64,000 nucleotides of DNA, taken from positions 60,342 to 124,341 of the forward strand of contig JACPBG010000002.1 of assembly GCA_016180435.1 (NCBI GenBank). Reading direction: 5' to 3'. Under the pieces are notes generated by a model. It saw only the letters and a program-made list of their open reading frames with translations, searched no databases and had not been told where the DNA came from. This stretch comes from Candidatus Sungiibacteriota bacterium. Lineage in GTDB: Bacteria; Patescibacteriota; Minisyncoccia; Sungbacterales; HO2-52-23. A program made the position numbers and the translations under genes. Of the stretch, positions 7,845 to 15,897 are shown one piece after another. The stretch's first letter is position 1; the number at the start of each line of letters is the position of its first letter.

Positions 7845-9041
7845 ATGTTTTCTTTATTTAAAAACAGAAAAGCGCCCTTATACGCAGCTATAGACGTCGG
7901 ATCCCATGCGGTAAAAGCCGTTATTTTCGAGAAGACGCGGGATAAAAAAAATCCCAAGGTTTTGAAAAAAATAATCATGAAGCTGCCTCCGGCATTTGAG
8001 CCGATTCGAATGGTGCATAAGCTCCGGGAGATACTTTTCGTAGTGGTAAAGGAACTTGGGCGCATTCCGGAGAAATTGGTGATCGCGTTCGGGACATCTC
8101 TGGCCGCGCATACGTTTGAGGTCTGGAATGCGGGTACGCTGTCGGCGGAAGAGGTATCGGCCGAGGCACTTGGCCGTTTATTCAAAAGTATCGCCGATTC
8201 GCATATATCGGCCGGACGTTTTATTTTCGCCTATCCCATTGAGGCCTTGGTCAATGGATATACGGTTGCATATTTTAAAACCGGAAATTGGATTTCGGCG
8301 GGTCTTGGAAAAAACGGCGCGTCAGGCGAGATATTTAAAAAAATAGCATTGTATCCGGGCAGTGCCATAAGTTTTCGCGCCTTGATTCTCACTTGCGCTG
8401 AAGACGTGGGCGAGGGTCTGCTTAATTTAAAGAAAAGTTTCGGGGGCATGCCGATTGAGTTTATCCCCATATCTTTTGCGCATCAGCATGCCGCTACGCG
8501 GGTTTTGGGATATCGCGATGTCATGCTGATTGATATTGGCGGGGAAATGACGGTTTTGGCCGAGATTCAAGAATCCGTGATCGGCGAAATCGCTTCAATC
8601 GAGGTTGGCGGCAGGAATTTTGTACGCGGAATTGCGCGGGTAGCCGGGATTTCCTTTGATGAGGCCGAGGATTTGAAGCGCCAGTATGCCAGCGATCAAA
8701 TCAGCGAGGAGCGAAAAAAAATGATCCGCTCATTCATAGGGCAGGAAGCAGATTTTTGGAAAAAAAAGTTTTTGGAATCGCTGGATGCGTTTTATCGCCT
8801 CGGACCCCTGCCGCCCGAGGTCCTGCTTTTCGGAGGCGGCTCAAACCTGGAGGATATTGCCTCATATCTCCGCGAAGGCGGATGGCTGGAAGATTTTTCG
8901 TACGCGAAATCAGCTACGGTACGATTGATGCGCGGCTCCGATTTGTTCGATGGATCATCCCTGAAAGGTTTTTTACAGGGTCCGGATGAATTTGCTATAG
9001 GGTCGCTGATTCATTATGCGTTGGAAGAATCAAATCACTAA
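7845..9041 (+). CDS. actin-fold ATPase of the FtsA/PilM family
   Basis: Phosphate-1 motif AAIDVGSHAVKAV, then MLIDIGGEMTVLAEI and VGGRNFVRGIARVAGISFDEAEDLKRQY. No ftsZ gene is adjacent. Confidence 0.7.
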   Translation: MFSLFKNRKAPLYAAIDVGSHAVKAVIFEKTRDKKNPKVLKKIIMKLPPAFEPIRMVHKLREILFVVVKELGRIPEKLVIAFGTSLAAHTFEVWNAGTLSAEEVSAEALGRLFKSIADSHISAGRFIFAYPIEALVNGYTVAYFKTGNWISAGLGKNGASGEIFKKIALYPGSAISFRALILTCAEDVGEGLLNLKKSFGGMPIEFIPISFAHQHAATRVLGYRDVMLIDIGGEMTVLAEIQESVIGEIASIEVGGRNFVRGIARVAGISFDEAEDLKRQYASDQISEERKKMIRSFIGQEADFWKKKFLESLDAFYRLGPLPPEVLLFGGGSNLEDIASYLREGGWLEDFSYAKSATVRLMRGSDLFDGSSLKGFLQGPDEFAIGSLIHYALEESNH

Positions 9042-9052
9042 TTTTTGCGAAA

Positions 9053-10675
9053 ATGTATAAAAAAGTACCCACCGATGGAATTCGGAAAAAATCAAAACCC
9101 AATCGGCTGGAATCAATTCCGGTAGAGGATCCGTTTGTGGAGCCGTCCACCGAGTTGATACCCGCCGCCGTGCAGGAAAAAATCCAAGAAGGAGCGGAAG
9201 CGCTGGAGCGTTTTATGCGTAGAAAAAGCATGCCCGCTGCAGATATGGAGAGGGCCGAAGAAGAGGAGAATTCGGTTGCTCCGGAAGAGAATCCATCCGA
9301 AGGGATGGAAACCGTTTCCTCGCCCGAAGGAGAAATTTTGATCATTGAACCGCCCCCTGATCAGATAACTGTTACGGATGAAGATCAAGACGGCTGGAGA
9401 AAAATGCAGGTGATTCGCGGCTGGCTCGCGCGTGTCGCTATTTTGGTTTCTAAAAAATTCTTTACGCGCAGAAACGCCGAACCGGAAGAATCCCGGCCGA
9501 GCAATTTTATTTCCCAGTCCCGTAAGATAATGAGCATTAAGGGCGGGATAATAACGGGATTGGGGGCGGTAATAATTATTTTTATTCTTTTGTCCACGGT
9601 TTTTGCGCGGCTTACGGTGCATATATCGCCGCGGGCGGAGCAGATAAATATTCGCGATGTAACGGCTCTTTTTGATGCGTCAGTAGTCAAGCTTATGCCC
9701 GAAAAAAAAGTTATTCCGGCCGAACGGCTTGAATTCACCCGGAATATTTCCAAGGAATTTGAAACAACCGGCAAGGAACTTGTGGAAGAACGCGCCCGAG
9801 GAAAAGTAAAAATTTATAATCGTTTCAGTTCCTCACCCCAAGGGCTTATCGCCAATACAAGATTTCTAACCGATTCCGGAGTTTTGTATCGATTATCTTC
9901 GGCAGTTATTATTCCGGGCGCTAAAATAGAGAATGGATCAATTGTTCCGCAATTTATTGAGGCCGAACTGCTGGCGGATAGTGCGGGTACGGAGGCTAAT
10001 TTGGATGGCGAGATCCGTCTAAATATACCTGCTTTTAAAGGGGGGCCGAAGTATGATGGATTTTATGCTATGGCATCTGCCGGATTTTCCGGGGGGTTTG
10101 AGGGAGAGGCGCGGGTCATTTCGAAAGAAGATCTTTCGGCGGCTGAGAAAGCCGTTACCAAGACCGTTTTTGATGAACTGCGTGATGAGATGAAGCGGAA
10201 AATTCCACCAGAATTTAAATCTGTTGAGGAGTTTTCCGAAACAGAAATTACGAAAGTTGTCTCGCCGCAGGCGCGTATGCGGACCGAGAAGTTCGTAGTG
10301 GAAGCATCTGCCCGCGGGCGCGTACTTATTTTCCGCGAGCGCGACGTCCGTGATTTGGTGCGTTTCATTGTTATCGGAGATGATGCCTCCAAAAAATTGG
10401 TGGATCAATCCGCAGAATTAAATTATAGGATTCGCAGCGGAGATTTGAAGTCCGGTCGGGTTGAAGCCGTAATAAACGGAAAGGTTCGAACGGAATTTAT
10501 CATTCCGCGGGAATCTCTTGTACAGGATTTTCTGGCTAAAAAAGAGGGGACTATCGCCGAAATAATGAAGTCCCGAGCCGATATCGCCGGATTCCGTATA
10601 TCAATTTTCCCGCCGTGGCGGGCCAGCGCTCCCGGTAATCCGGATAAAATAAAGTTGATCGTGGAGGGACAATAG
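9053..10675 (+). CDS. membrane-anchored hypothetical protein (540 aa)
   Basis: The N-terminal region is acidic. There is one clear TM helix (IITGLGAVIIIFILLSTVFA) followed by a large extracytoplasmic domain. It starts 11 nt after the FtsA/PilM-like gene. Confidence 0.5.
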   Translation: MYKKVPTDGIRKKSKPNRLESIPVEDPFVEPSTELIPAAVQEKIQEGAEALERFMRRKSMPAADMERAEEEENSVAPEENPSEGMETVSSPEGEILIIEPPPDQITVTDEDQDGWRKMQVIRGWLARVAILVSKKFFTRRNAEPEESRPSNFISQSRKIMSIKGGIITGLGAVIIIFILLSTVFARLTVHISPRAEQINIRDVTALFDASVVKLMPEKKVIPAERLEFTRNISKEFETTGKELVEERARGKVKIYNRFSSSPQGLIANTRFLTDSGVLYRLSSAVIIPGAKIENGSIVPQFIEAELLADSAGTEANLDGEIRLNIPAFKGGPKYDGFYAMASAGFSGGFEGEARVISKEDLSAAEKAVTKTVFDELRDEMKRKIPPEFKSVEEFSETEITKVVSPQARMRTEKFVVEASARGRVLIFRERDVRDLVRFIVIGDDASKKLVDQSAELNYRIRSGDLKSGRVEAVINGKVRTEFIIPRESLVQDFLAKKEGTIAEIMKSRADIAGFRISIFPPWRASAPGNPDKIKLIVEGQ

Positions 10676-10736
10676 TTTGCCGCTTGACCTCCTAATATTT
10701 ATTTGTTAATATAGTTTATACGTTTTTATATACTGT

Positions 10737-10952
10737 ATGAAAAAAGAAAAAAATTATAAGGAGGGTATAGTCAATGAAAATTTACCGAACACGTTTTTTA
10801 AAGTTACGCTGGATGACGGCCGGGAAATTTTGGCCCACCTATCAGGAAAAATGCGCCTGAATTATATTAAAGTTCTTCCCGGGGACCGGGTGCGGATGGA
10901 AATGACGCCCTATGATGAGACTAAGGGGAGGATAGTACATCGCTTGAAATAA
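10737..10952 (+). CDS. infA: translation initiation factor IF-1
   Basis: 71 aa with [39 protein letters not shown]. Confidence 0.92.
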   Translation: MKKEKNYKEGIVNENLPNTFFKVTLDDGREILAHLSGKMRLNYIKVLPGDRVRMEMTPYDETKGRIVHRLK

Positions 10953-11080
10953 TTTCAATTTCAGACACGACTCAACCGCTCCGGCGGCGGTCTCGCTAAG
11001 GGTCGGACAAATTTTCGTCCCGATTGCGATCGGGATGATCCAAGCAAATTTGTCCTCCCATTGTCTGAAATTTAAATTAT
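10950..11080 (+). repeat. R3 structured intergenic element, copy 1 (infA-rpmJ spacer)
   Basis: Outer stem TTTCAGACA/TGTCTGAAA, P2 stem ACCGC/GCGGT, conserved CTAAGGGTCGG, P3 stem GGACAAATTT/AAATTTGTCC, conserved CCTCCCATTG. Confidence 0.8.
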
Positions 11081-11106
11081 TTCCTCGCTTATTTTTTAAA
11101 AAATGT

Positions 11107-11223
11107 ATGAAGGTACAAGCTTCCGTAAAACCAAGATGCGCCAAGTGTAAGACGGTCCGACGGAAAGGTCGGCTGTTTGTTATATGCCGCGTAAATAAGA
11201 AGCATAAGCAGAGGCAGGGATAA
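11107..11223 (+). CDS. rpmJ: 50S ribosomal protein L36
   Basis: [38 protein letters not shown]. The ATG at 11107 lies inside the longer track ORF. Confidence 0.92.
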   Translation: MKVQASVKPRCAKCKTVRRKGRLFVICRVNKKHKQRQG

Positions 11224-11240
11224 GGCTCTTACGAGCCAGC

Positions 11241-11306
11241 ATCAAGAACTAAGATTTTAGAACTTAGCAAATTTTCTAAGTTCTAAGTTCTGGGTTCTAA
11301 GTTCTA
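11241..11306. repeat. R1 heptamer palindrome (rpmJ-rpsM spacer)
   Basis: aagaactaagattttagaacttag ... ctaagttctaagttctgggttctaagttct, then GTG. Confidence 0.85.
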
Positions 11307-11309
11307 TTT

Positions 11310-11696
11310 GTGAGAATTGTAGGTATTAACATTCCGGATAATAAAAAAATAGAATTTGCCCTCCCGTATATTTACGGGGTTGGTTTGCCGGCTGCGCGTA
11401 AAATTCTGCGCTCGTCCCAGGTTGATCCGCAAAAAACCGCAAAAGATCTGACTCCGCCGGAGATAAACCGCATTCGCGAGATTATTGAGCGAAATTATAA
11501 AATCGAGGGTGACTTGCGCCGCGATATCATGTTAAATATCAAGCGCTTGAAGGAGATTCAAACTTATCGCGGGGCGCGCCATATCCGCGGGCTCCCGGTA
11601 AGAGGCCAGCGAACCAAAACAAATTCCAGGACGCGCCGCGGCAATGTGCGTAAAACCATGGGATCGGGAAGAAAACCAGCAGCAAGCCCCACTTAA
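11310..11696 (+). CDS. rpsM: 30S ribosomal protein S13
   Basis: GTG start. The sequence shows RIVGINIPDNKKIEFALPYIYGVG and YRGARHIRGLPVRGQRTKTN. Confidence 0.92.
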   Translation: MRIVGINIPDNKKIEFALPYIYGVGLPAARKILRSSQVDPQKTAKDLTPPEINRIREIIERNYKIEGDLRRDIMLNIKRLKEIQTYRGARHIRGLPVRGQRTKTNSRTRRGNVRKTMGSGRKPAASPT

Positions 11697-11699
11697 AAT

Positions 11700-11786
11700 A
11701 AAGCACTTAGAACTTAGAACCTAGAACTTAGTAAATCTGCTAAGATCTAAGTTCTTGAATGCTAAGTTCTATGTTGCGAAGCAACA
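11700..11786. repeat. R1 heptamer palindrome plus GCGAAGC mini-hairpin (rpsM-rpsK spacer)
   Basis: agcacttagaacttagaacctagaacttag ... ctaagatctaagttcttgaatgctaagttct-atgttGCGAAGCaacat. Confidence 0.9.
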
Positions 11787-12230
11787 TTGGGTAAAAAGCG
11801 TATCATAACTAAATCTACCGAGTCATCCGAATCGAAAAAATCCGATAGCCAGCCGCCAGCCGGAATTTCGGTAACGCGGCGTGGCATACTGCGCGGTTGC
11901 GCTTATATTCAGGCAACTTATAATAACACCATTATTACCATAACCGACGAAAAGGGCGGCGTGATAGCGTGGTCTTCGGCCGGGTCCGTTGGATTTTCGG
12001 GAACCAAGAAAGCCACTCCGTTTGCAGCAGCGCGAGTCGCGGAATTCCTTGCTGAAAAAATGCGTAAAGCCGGTATTCAGGAGCTTATGGTTTTTGTAAA
12101 AGGGGTTGGATCAGGGCGTGATTCGGCGATTCGTGCGCTTGCCAATCAGGGGTTTGCCATTTCGCGCATCAAAGATATTACCCCCATCCCGCATAACGGG
12201 CCGAGACCCAGGAAACCAAGAAGAGTATAA
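11787..12230 (+). CDS. rpsK: 30S ribosomal protein S11
   Basis: TTG start directly after the GCGAAGC hairpin. The sequence shows [24 protein letters not shown] and [17 protein letters not shown]. Confidence 0.9.
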   Translation: MGKKRIITKSTESSESKKSDSQPPAGISVTRRGILRGCAYIQATYNNTIITITDEKGGVIAWSSAGSVGFSGTKKATPFAAARVAEFLAEKMRKAGIQELMVFVKGVGSGRDSAIRALANQGFAISRIKDITPIPHNGPRPRKPRRV

Positions 12231-12323
12231 AGCACTTAGAACTTAGAACCTAGAACTTAGAATTTATAATTAAAGTATTTACTAAGTTCTAAATACTAAG
12301 ATCTAAGTTCTTTTGCGAAGCAA
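12231..12323. repeat. R1 heptamer palindrome plus GCGAAGC mini-hairpin (rpsK-rpsD spacer)
   Basis: agcacttagaacttagaacctagaacttagaa ... ctaagttctaaatactaagatctaagttct-tttGCGAAGCaa-ATG. Confidence 0.9.
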
Positions 12324-12944
12324 ATGCCAAAGGTATTAGAAAAAGTAGAAAGGCGTCTTGGCGAAAAACTCTTTTTAAAAGGGGATCGTTGCGCTGGGCC
12401 GAAGTGCGCGGCAGTTCGCCATCCGAGTCCTCCGGGGATTCACGGCAAAACCCGCCGTCGCGCTCCTTCGGAATTCGGACAATATCTGCAGGGAAAACAA
12501 AAGGTTCGTTTTCTGTACGGTCTTGACGATCGTGATTTAAATCGGTATGCTAAGAAAGCCGAATCAATGCGCGGCGCATTTGCCGCGAAATTTTTGCAAT
12601 TACTTGAGCGGCGTCTTGATAACGTGGTGTTTCGTTTGGGATTTACCGGGTCGCGCCGGTCAGCGCGCCAAGCCGTATCACACGGCCATATTAGGGTGAA
12701 TGGCCGGCGTGTCAGTGTGCCGTCGTATCAGGTTAAAATCGGTGAAGTTGTTTCCATAAATCCCGGCGCCCGGCAAAGTTCTCATTTTGCCGATTTGGAA
12801 CATCGCTTGAAAAAGTATACTCCGCCCGTTTGGCTCGCTTTGGAAAAGGATCAAGTTGCGGGCAAGGTTGTCGGGTCCGCCGAATCAGATATGTCCGGAA
12901 CGTCCGGCGAACTTATAAAAATAAAAGAGTTTTATTCGAGATAA
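12324..12944 (+). CDS. rpsD: 30S ribosomal protein S4
   Basis: The S4 domain reads LERRLDNVVFRLGFTGSRRSARQAVSHGHIRVNGRRVSVPSYQV. Confidence 0.92.
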   Translation: MPKVLEKVERRLGEKLFLKGDRCAGPKCAAVRHPSPPGIHGKTRRRAPSEFGQYLQGKQKVRFLYGLDDRDLNRYAKKAESMRGAFAAKFLQLLERRLDNVVFRLGFTGSRRSARQAVSHGHIRVNGRRVSVPSYQVKIGEVVSINPGARQSSHFADLEHRLKKYTPPVWLALEKDQVAGKVVGSAESDMSGTSGELIKIKEFYSR

Positions 12945-12954
12945 ACACTAGACA

Positions 12955-13074
12955 GTGATGCCAATCCGATGCGAATTTAATGCCAATTTGGCGAATTGCG
13001 AATGAATTTAAAGATTAGCAATTTGTAGATTAGCATTTTATTTGTAGATTTGCATCATTGCGTGCGAAGCATAT
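12955..13074. repeat. R4 palindromic element plus GCGAAGC mini-hairpin (rpsD-rpoA spacer)
   Basis: gtgatgccaatccgatgcgaatttaatgccaa...attagcaatttgtagattagca...tttgtagatttgcatcattgcgtGCGAAGCatat-ATG. Second copy at 29546-29671. Confidence 0.85.
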
Positions 13075-14043
13075 ATGAGTATTCCACTTCCTTTAGCACC
13101 GAAGGCCGTTAGCGAAGAAGGAAATCGCGCTGTTTTTGATATAGAGGGGCTTTATCCGGGTTACGGCCATACCATCGGCAACAGTATGCGCCGCGTTTTA
13201 TTGTCATCTTTGCGTGGCGCGGCTATAACGTCCGTAAAAATAGAAGGCGTTTCCCACGAATTTTCTACTATAGAAGGAATTATGGAAGATGCGGTGGAGA
13301 TCATTCTAAACTTGAAACAGCTTCGTTTTCGCTTATATCAGGAAGAACCGGTCATGATCTCTCTTTCGGTTAAAGGCGAGCGGGAAGTAATCGGCAAGGA
13401 CTTTAAACTCCCGTCACAGGTGGAATTAATCAATCCGGATTTGCATATAGCGACTATTTCGTCCAAAAAATCCGGTTTGAGCATGGAGGCCACTGTGGAG
13501 GCGGGCATGGGTTACATTCCGGTGGAGGAGCGCACCAAGGAAAAAGTTGAAATAGGCGTGATCGCTTTAGATGCCGCATTTTCTCCGGTTCGCTATGTAA
13601 ATTATGATGTAGAGAATATGCGAGTCGGAGATCGCACCGATTATAATCGTCTGCGCCTTACCGTTGAGACTGATGGCTCGATTACTCCGCGTGAGGCATT
13701 TTTGCAGGCGGCCAGTATATTGGTTGAACAATTTTCCGTTCTAATCAAGGAAATGGAATCAAGTTCGGTAGAAATTGCACCTTCCGAAGAATATGCGCGG
13801 GGCGTATCCGAAGAGGCGGAAAAATCCGCCGGAGGCGAGGAGGATACATCCAAAATGAAGCTGGATGATCTGAAGTTATCCGGGCGCACCTTGAATATTC
13901 TGAAAGAATCCGGTATCAAGACCGTGGGAGGCCTTTCGCGTAAAAAAGAATCGGCGCTTCGGGAACTTGAAGGGATGGGGGATAAAGGGATGCAGGAAAT
14001 AAAGAAAGCGCTTGGAAATTTTGGAATTACTTTGAAGCCGTAA
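13075..14043 (+). CDS. rpoA: DNA-directed RNA polymerase subunit alpha
   Basis: NTD motif GYGHTIGNSMRRVLLSS. CTD motif LSGRTLNILKESGIKTVGGL. It sits in the alpha-operon position. Confidence 0.92.
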   Translation: MSIPLPLAPKAVSEEGNRAVFDIEGLYPGYGHTIGNSMRRVLLSSLRGAAITSVKIEGVSHEFSTIEGIMEDAVEIILNLKQLRFRLYQEEPVMISLSVKGEREVIGKDFKLPSQVELINPDLHIATISSKKSGLSMEATVEAGMGYIPVEERTKEKVEIGVIALDAAFSPVRYVNYDVENMRVGDRTDYNRLRLTVETDGSITPREAFLQAASILVEQFSVLIKEMESSSVEIAPSEEYARGVSEEAEKSAGGEEDTSKMKLDDLKLSGRTLNILKESGIKTVGGLSRKKESALRELEGMGDKGMQEIKKALGNFGITLKP

Positions 14044-14054
14044 TATTATAAATC

Positions 14055-14194
14055 TTCGGCTAATTTGATTTCAGACACGACTCGGCGGCTCCGGCGGCCG
14101 CCTCGCTAAGGGTCGGACAAATTTTCGTCCCGATTGCGATCGGGACGATCCGAGCAAATTTGTCCTCCCATTGTCTGAAATCAAAATAGCCTCG
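14055..14194 (+). repeat. R3 structured intergenic element, copy 2 (rpoA-rplQ spacer)
   Basis: Same core as copy 1, but the P2 stem is changed to GGCGGC/GCCGCC. Confidence 0.8.
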
Positions 14195-14250
14195 ATTTAA
14201 TCCAAGCTAATTACGAATTCTAAAATTTCCAACGCTAACGATGAAAAAAT

Positions 14251-14595
14251 ATGAGGAAGTTGAAAAAAGGGAGAAAATTTGGGAGAGAACGGGATCAAAG
14301 GAGGGCGTTACTTAAAAGTCTCGCCTCCTCATTTTTTATTGCGGGACGAATGAAAACAACGGAAGCCAAAGCCAAAGAACTCCGCCCGTATGTCGAGAAA
14401 TTCATTACCCGAGCCAAGGATCCGACACTCGCAAATCGAAGATTCATGCTGCGTTTTTTTTCGAGCGCAATTGTTGATAAAATTATTAAGCGTGGTGAGG
14501 AAATGCGTGAGAGAGCCGGAGGATATACCAGGGTTATTAAATTGGGACAGAGAAAACGAGATAGCGCGAGGATGGCGATATTGGAATTTGTTTAA
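14251..14595 (+). CDS. rplQ: 50S ribosomal protein L17
   Basis: MRKLKKGRKFGRERDQRRALLKSL and GGYTRVIKLGQRKRDSARMAILE. Confidence 0.92.
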   Translation: MRKLKKGRKFGRERDQRRALLKSLASSFFIAGRMKTTEAKAKELRPYVEKFITRAKDPTLANRRFMLRFFSSAIVDKIIKRGEEMRERAGGYTRVIKLGQRKRDSARMAILEFV

Positions 14596-14667
14596 AGAAC
14601 TTAGAACTTAGAACTTAGAACTTAGATATCTACTAAGTTTTAAATGCTAAGTTCTAAATGCTATGCG
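14596..14667. repeat. R1 heptamer palindrome (rplQ-rplM spacer)
   Basis: agaacttagaacttagaacttagaacttag ... ctaagttttaaatgctaagttctaaatgct, then a hairpin around the ATG. Confidence 0.9.
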
Positions 14668-15009
14668 ATGGAGCATCGCATTGATGCAGCTAATCAAATA
14701 CTCGGACGTCTGGCAACTCGCGTTGCGGTTCTTTTGCGCGGTAAAGATCGGCCTGATTTTGATCCGGCGCGTTTTTCCGATAACAAGGTGGCGGTTCATA
14801 ATACCGATAAAATGCGCGTGACCGGAAAGAAGATGCCGCAAAAAAAATATCGGCGGCATTCCGGTTACCCCGGCGGCTTGAAAGAAGAAGCGCTTGAGCG
14901 CCTTTTCGCACGCGACTCGCGTGAGGTTTTGCGCCGCGCGGTTTTAGGGATGCTCCCGAAAAATCGCCTGCGCAGTAGATGGATAAAGAATCTGATACTA
15001 CGTAAATAA
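14668..15009 (+). CDS. rplM: 50S ribosomal protein L13
   Basis: IDAANQILGRLATRVAVLLRGK and YRRHSGYPGGLK. The in-frame ATG at 14668 is preferred because the track start at 14644 lies inside the repeat element. Confidence 0.85.
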   Translation: MEHRIDAANQILGRLATRVAVLLRGKDRPDFDPARFSDNKVAVHNTDKMRVTGKKMPQKKYRRHSGYPGGLKEEALERLFARDSREVLRRAVLGMLPKNRLRSRWIKNLILRK

Positions 15010-15027
15010 CAAATGGTAAATGGCAGA

Positions 15028-15062
15028 CAACTAACAACTAACAACTAACAACTAACAACTTA
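15028..15062 (+). repeat. tandem heptamer (CAACTAA) x5 in the rplM-rpsI spacer
   Basis: caactaacaactaacaactaacaactaacaactta. Confidence 0.85.
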
Positions 15063-15066
15063 GGGT

Positions 15067-15666
15067 ATGCCAAAGGCAATTAAGAAAAAAATAGAAAGTA
15101 AGCCCGTGGAAAAAGAAGCGGAAACGCCGAAAAAGAAAGTTGAAGAAAAAGAAAATAAGATTAAAACCGCGGTGAAAGTAAAAAAACCTTCTAAACAGGG
15201 GGCAGAAGTTCCGGCACAAGAAATCTCGTCAGGATTCTCGGAACATAAAACGGATAAAGCAGAAAAGCCCAAAAAACCGGAGCGTTATTTTGAGGCGGTG
15301 GGCAGAAGAAAAACCGCAGTGGCTCGCGTGCGGTTATTTACCCGGCCCGGGGACTTTACGGTAAATGGCAGGTTATACAGTTTATATTTTCCGACTTTAA
15401 CGCTCCAGCAAATTATTGAGGATTCGTTGAAGAAAATGAAGCTTTTGGGAAGATTCAGGGTGTCAATTAAGGTCTCCGGCGGAGGAACTCATGCCCAAGC
15501 CGAGGCCATTCGCCACGGACTCGCGCGCTGTTTGGTTAAATTCAATCCGGATTTTCGCAAGCGTTTGCGACGTGCCGGATACATTACACGCGACCCACGC
15601 GCCAAAGAAAGGAAGAAATTCGGCTTGAAAAAGGCGCGTAAAGCTCCGCAGTGGGCGAAGCGGTAA
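15067..15666 (+). CDS. rpsI: 30S ribosomal protein S9 with a Lys/Glu-rich N-terminal extension
   Basis: The S9 core starts at YFEAVGRRKTAVARVRLF and ends RDPRAKERKKFGLKKARKAPQWAKR. About 70 extra N-terminal residues are rich in K, E and P. Confidence 0.9.
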   Translation: MPKAIKKKIESKPVEKEAETPKKKVEEKENKIKTAVKVKKPSKQGAEVPAQEISSGFSEHKTDKAEKPKKPERYFEAVGRRKTAVARVRLFTRPGDFTVNGRLYSLYFPTLTLQQIIEDSLKKMKLLGRFRVSIKVSGGGTHAQAEAIRHGLARCLVKFNPDFRKRLRRAGYITRDPRAKERKKFGLKKARKAPQWAKR

Positions 15667-15807
15667 TTGCGCTCCCCAGACACGCTGTCTGCATCAATGT
15701 TTATGAGGATTTTTGAAAAACACGGGTTCACGACAAAAGTATGAGAAGCGCACAAATAGCACCGCATACGCGGCGTCTTCAGGGATTTGAAAATAACTGA
15801 ATTTGAA

Positions 15808-15845
15808 CAATAGCCGCGATGACCGCGGCTATTGTGTTATTATTA
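15808..15845 (+). terminator. Rho-independent terminator after rpsI
   Basis: CAATAGCCGCG-atgac-CGCGGCTATTG, followed by TGTTATTATT. Confidence 0.7.
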
Positions 15846-15897
15846 CTTCTATGTTACTATTATTTCGGTTCATTTTCATAAATTATGGAGGAAGCAA

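Noticed and set aside
10950-11080. R3 element as a riboswitch or ribosomal-protein leader.
   Set aside because: The copies precede unrelated genes (rpmJ, rplQ, mreB, a DUF3307-like gene). I recognise no known riboswitch core (TPP, SAM, purine, FMN, glycine and others), and there is no alternative terminator/antiterminator pairing. It is more consistent with a generic structured repeat.
11224-14667. Possible CRISPR array, because short repeats recur at roughly regular intervals in the ribosomal-protein cluster.
   Set aside because: The repeats are heptamer tandem/palindromic arms separated by full-length conserved genes, not by 25-40 nt spacers. There is no leader, no cas genes and no constant repeat unit of CRISPR length.
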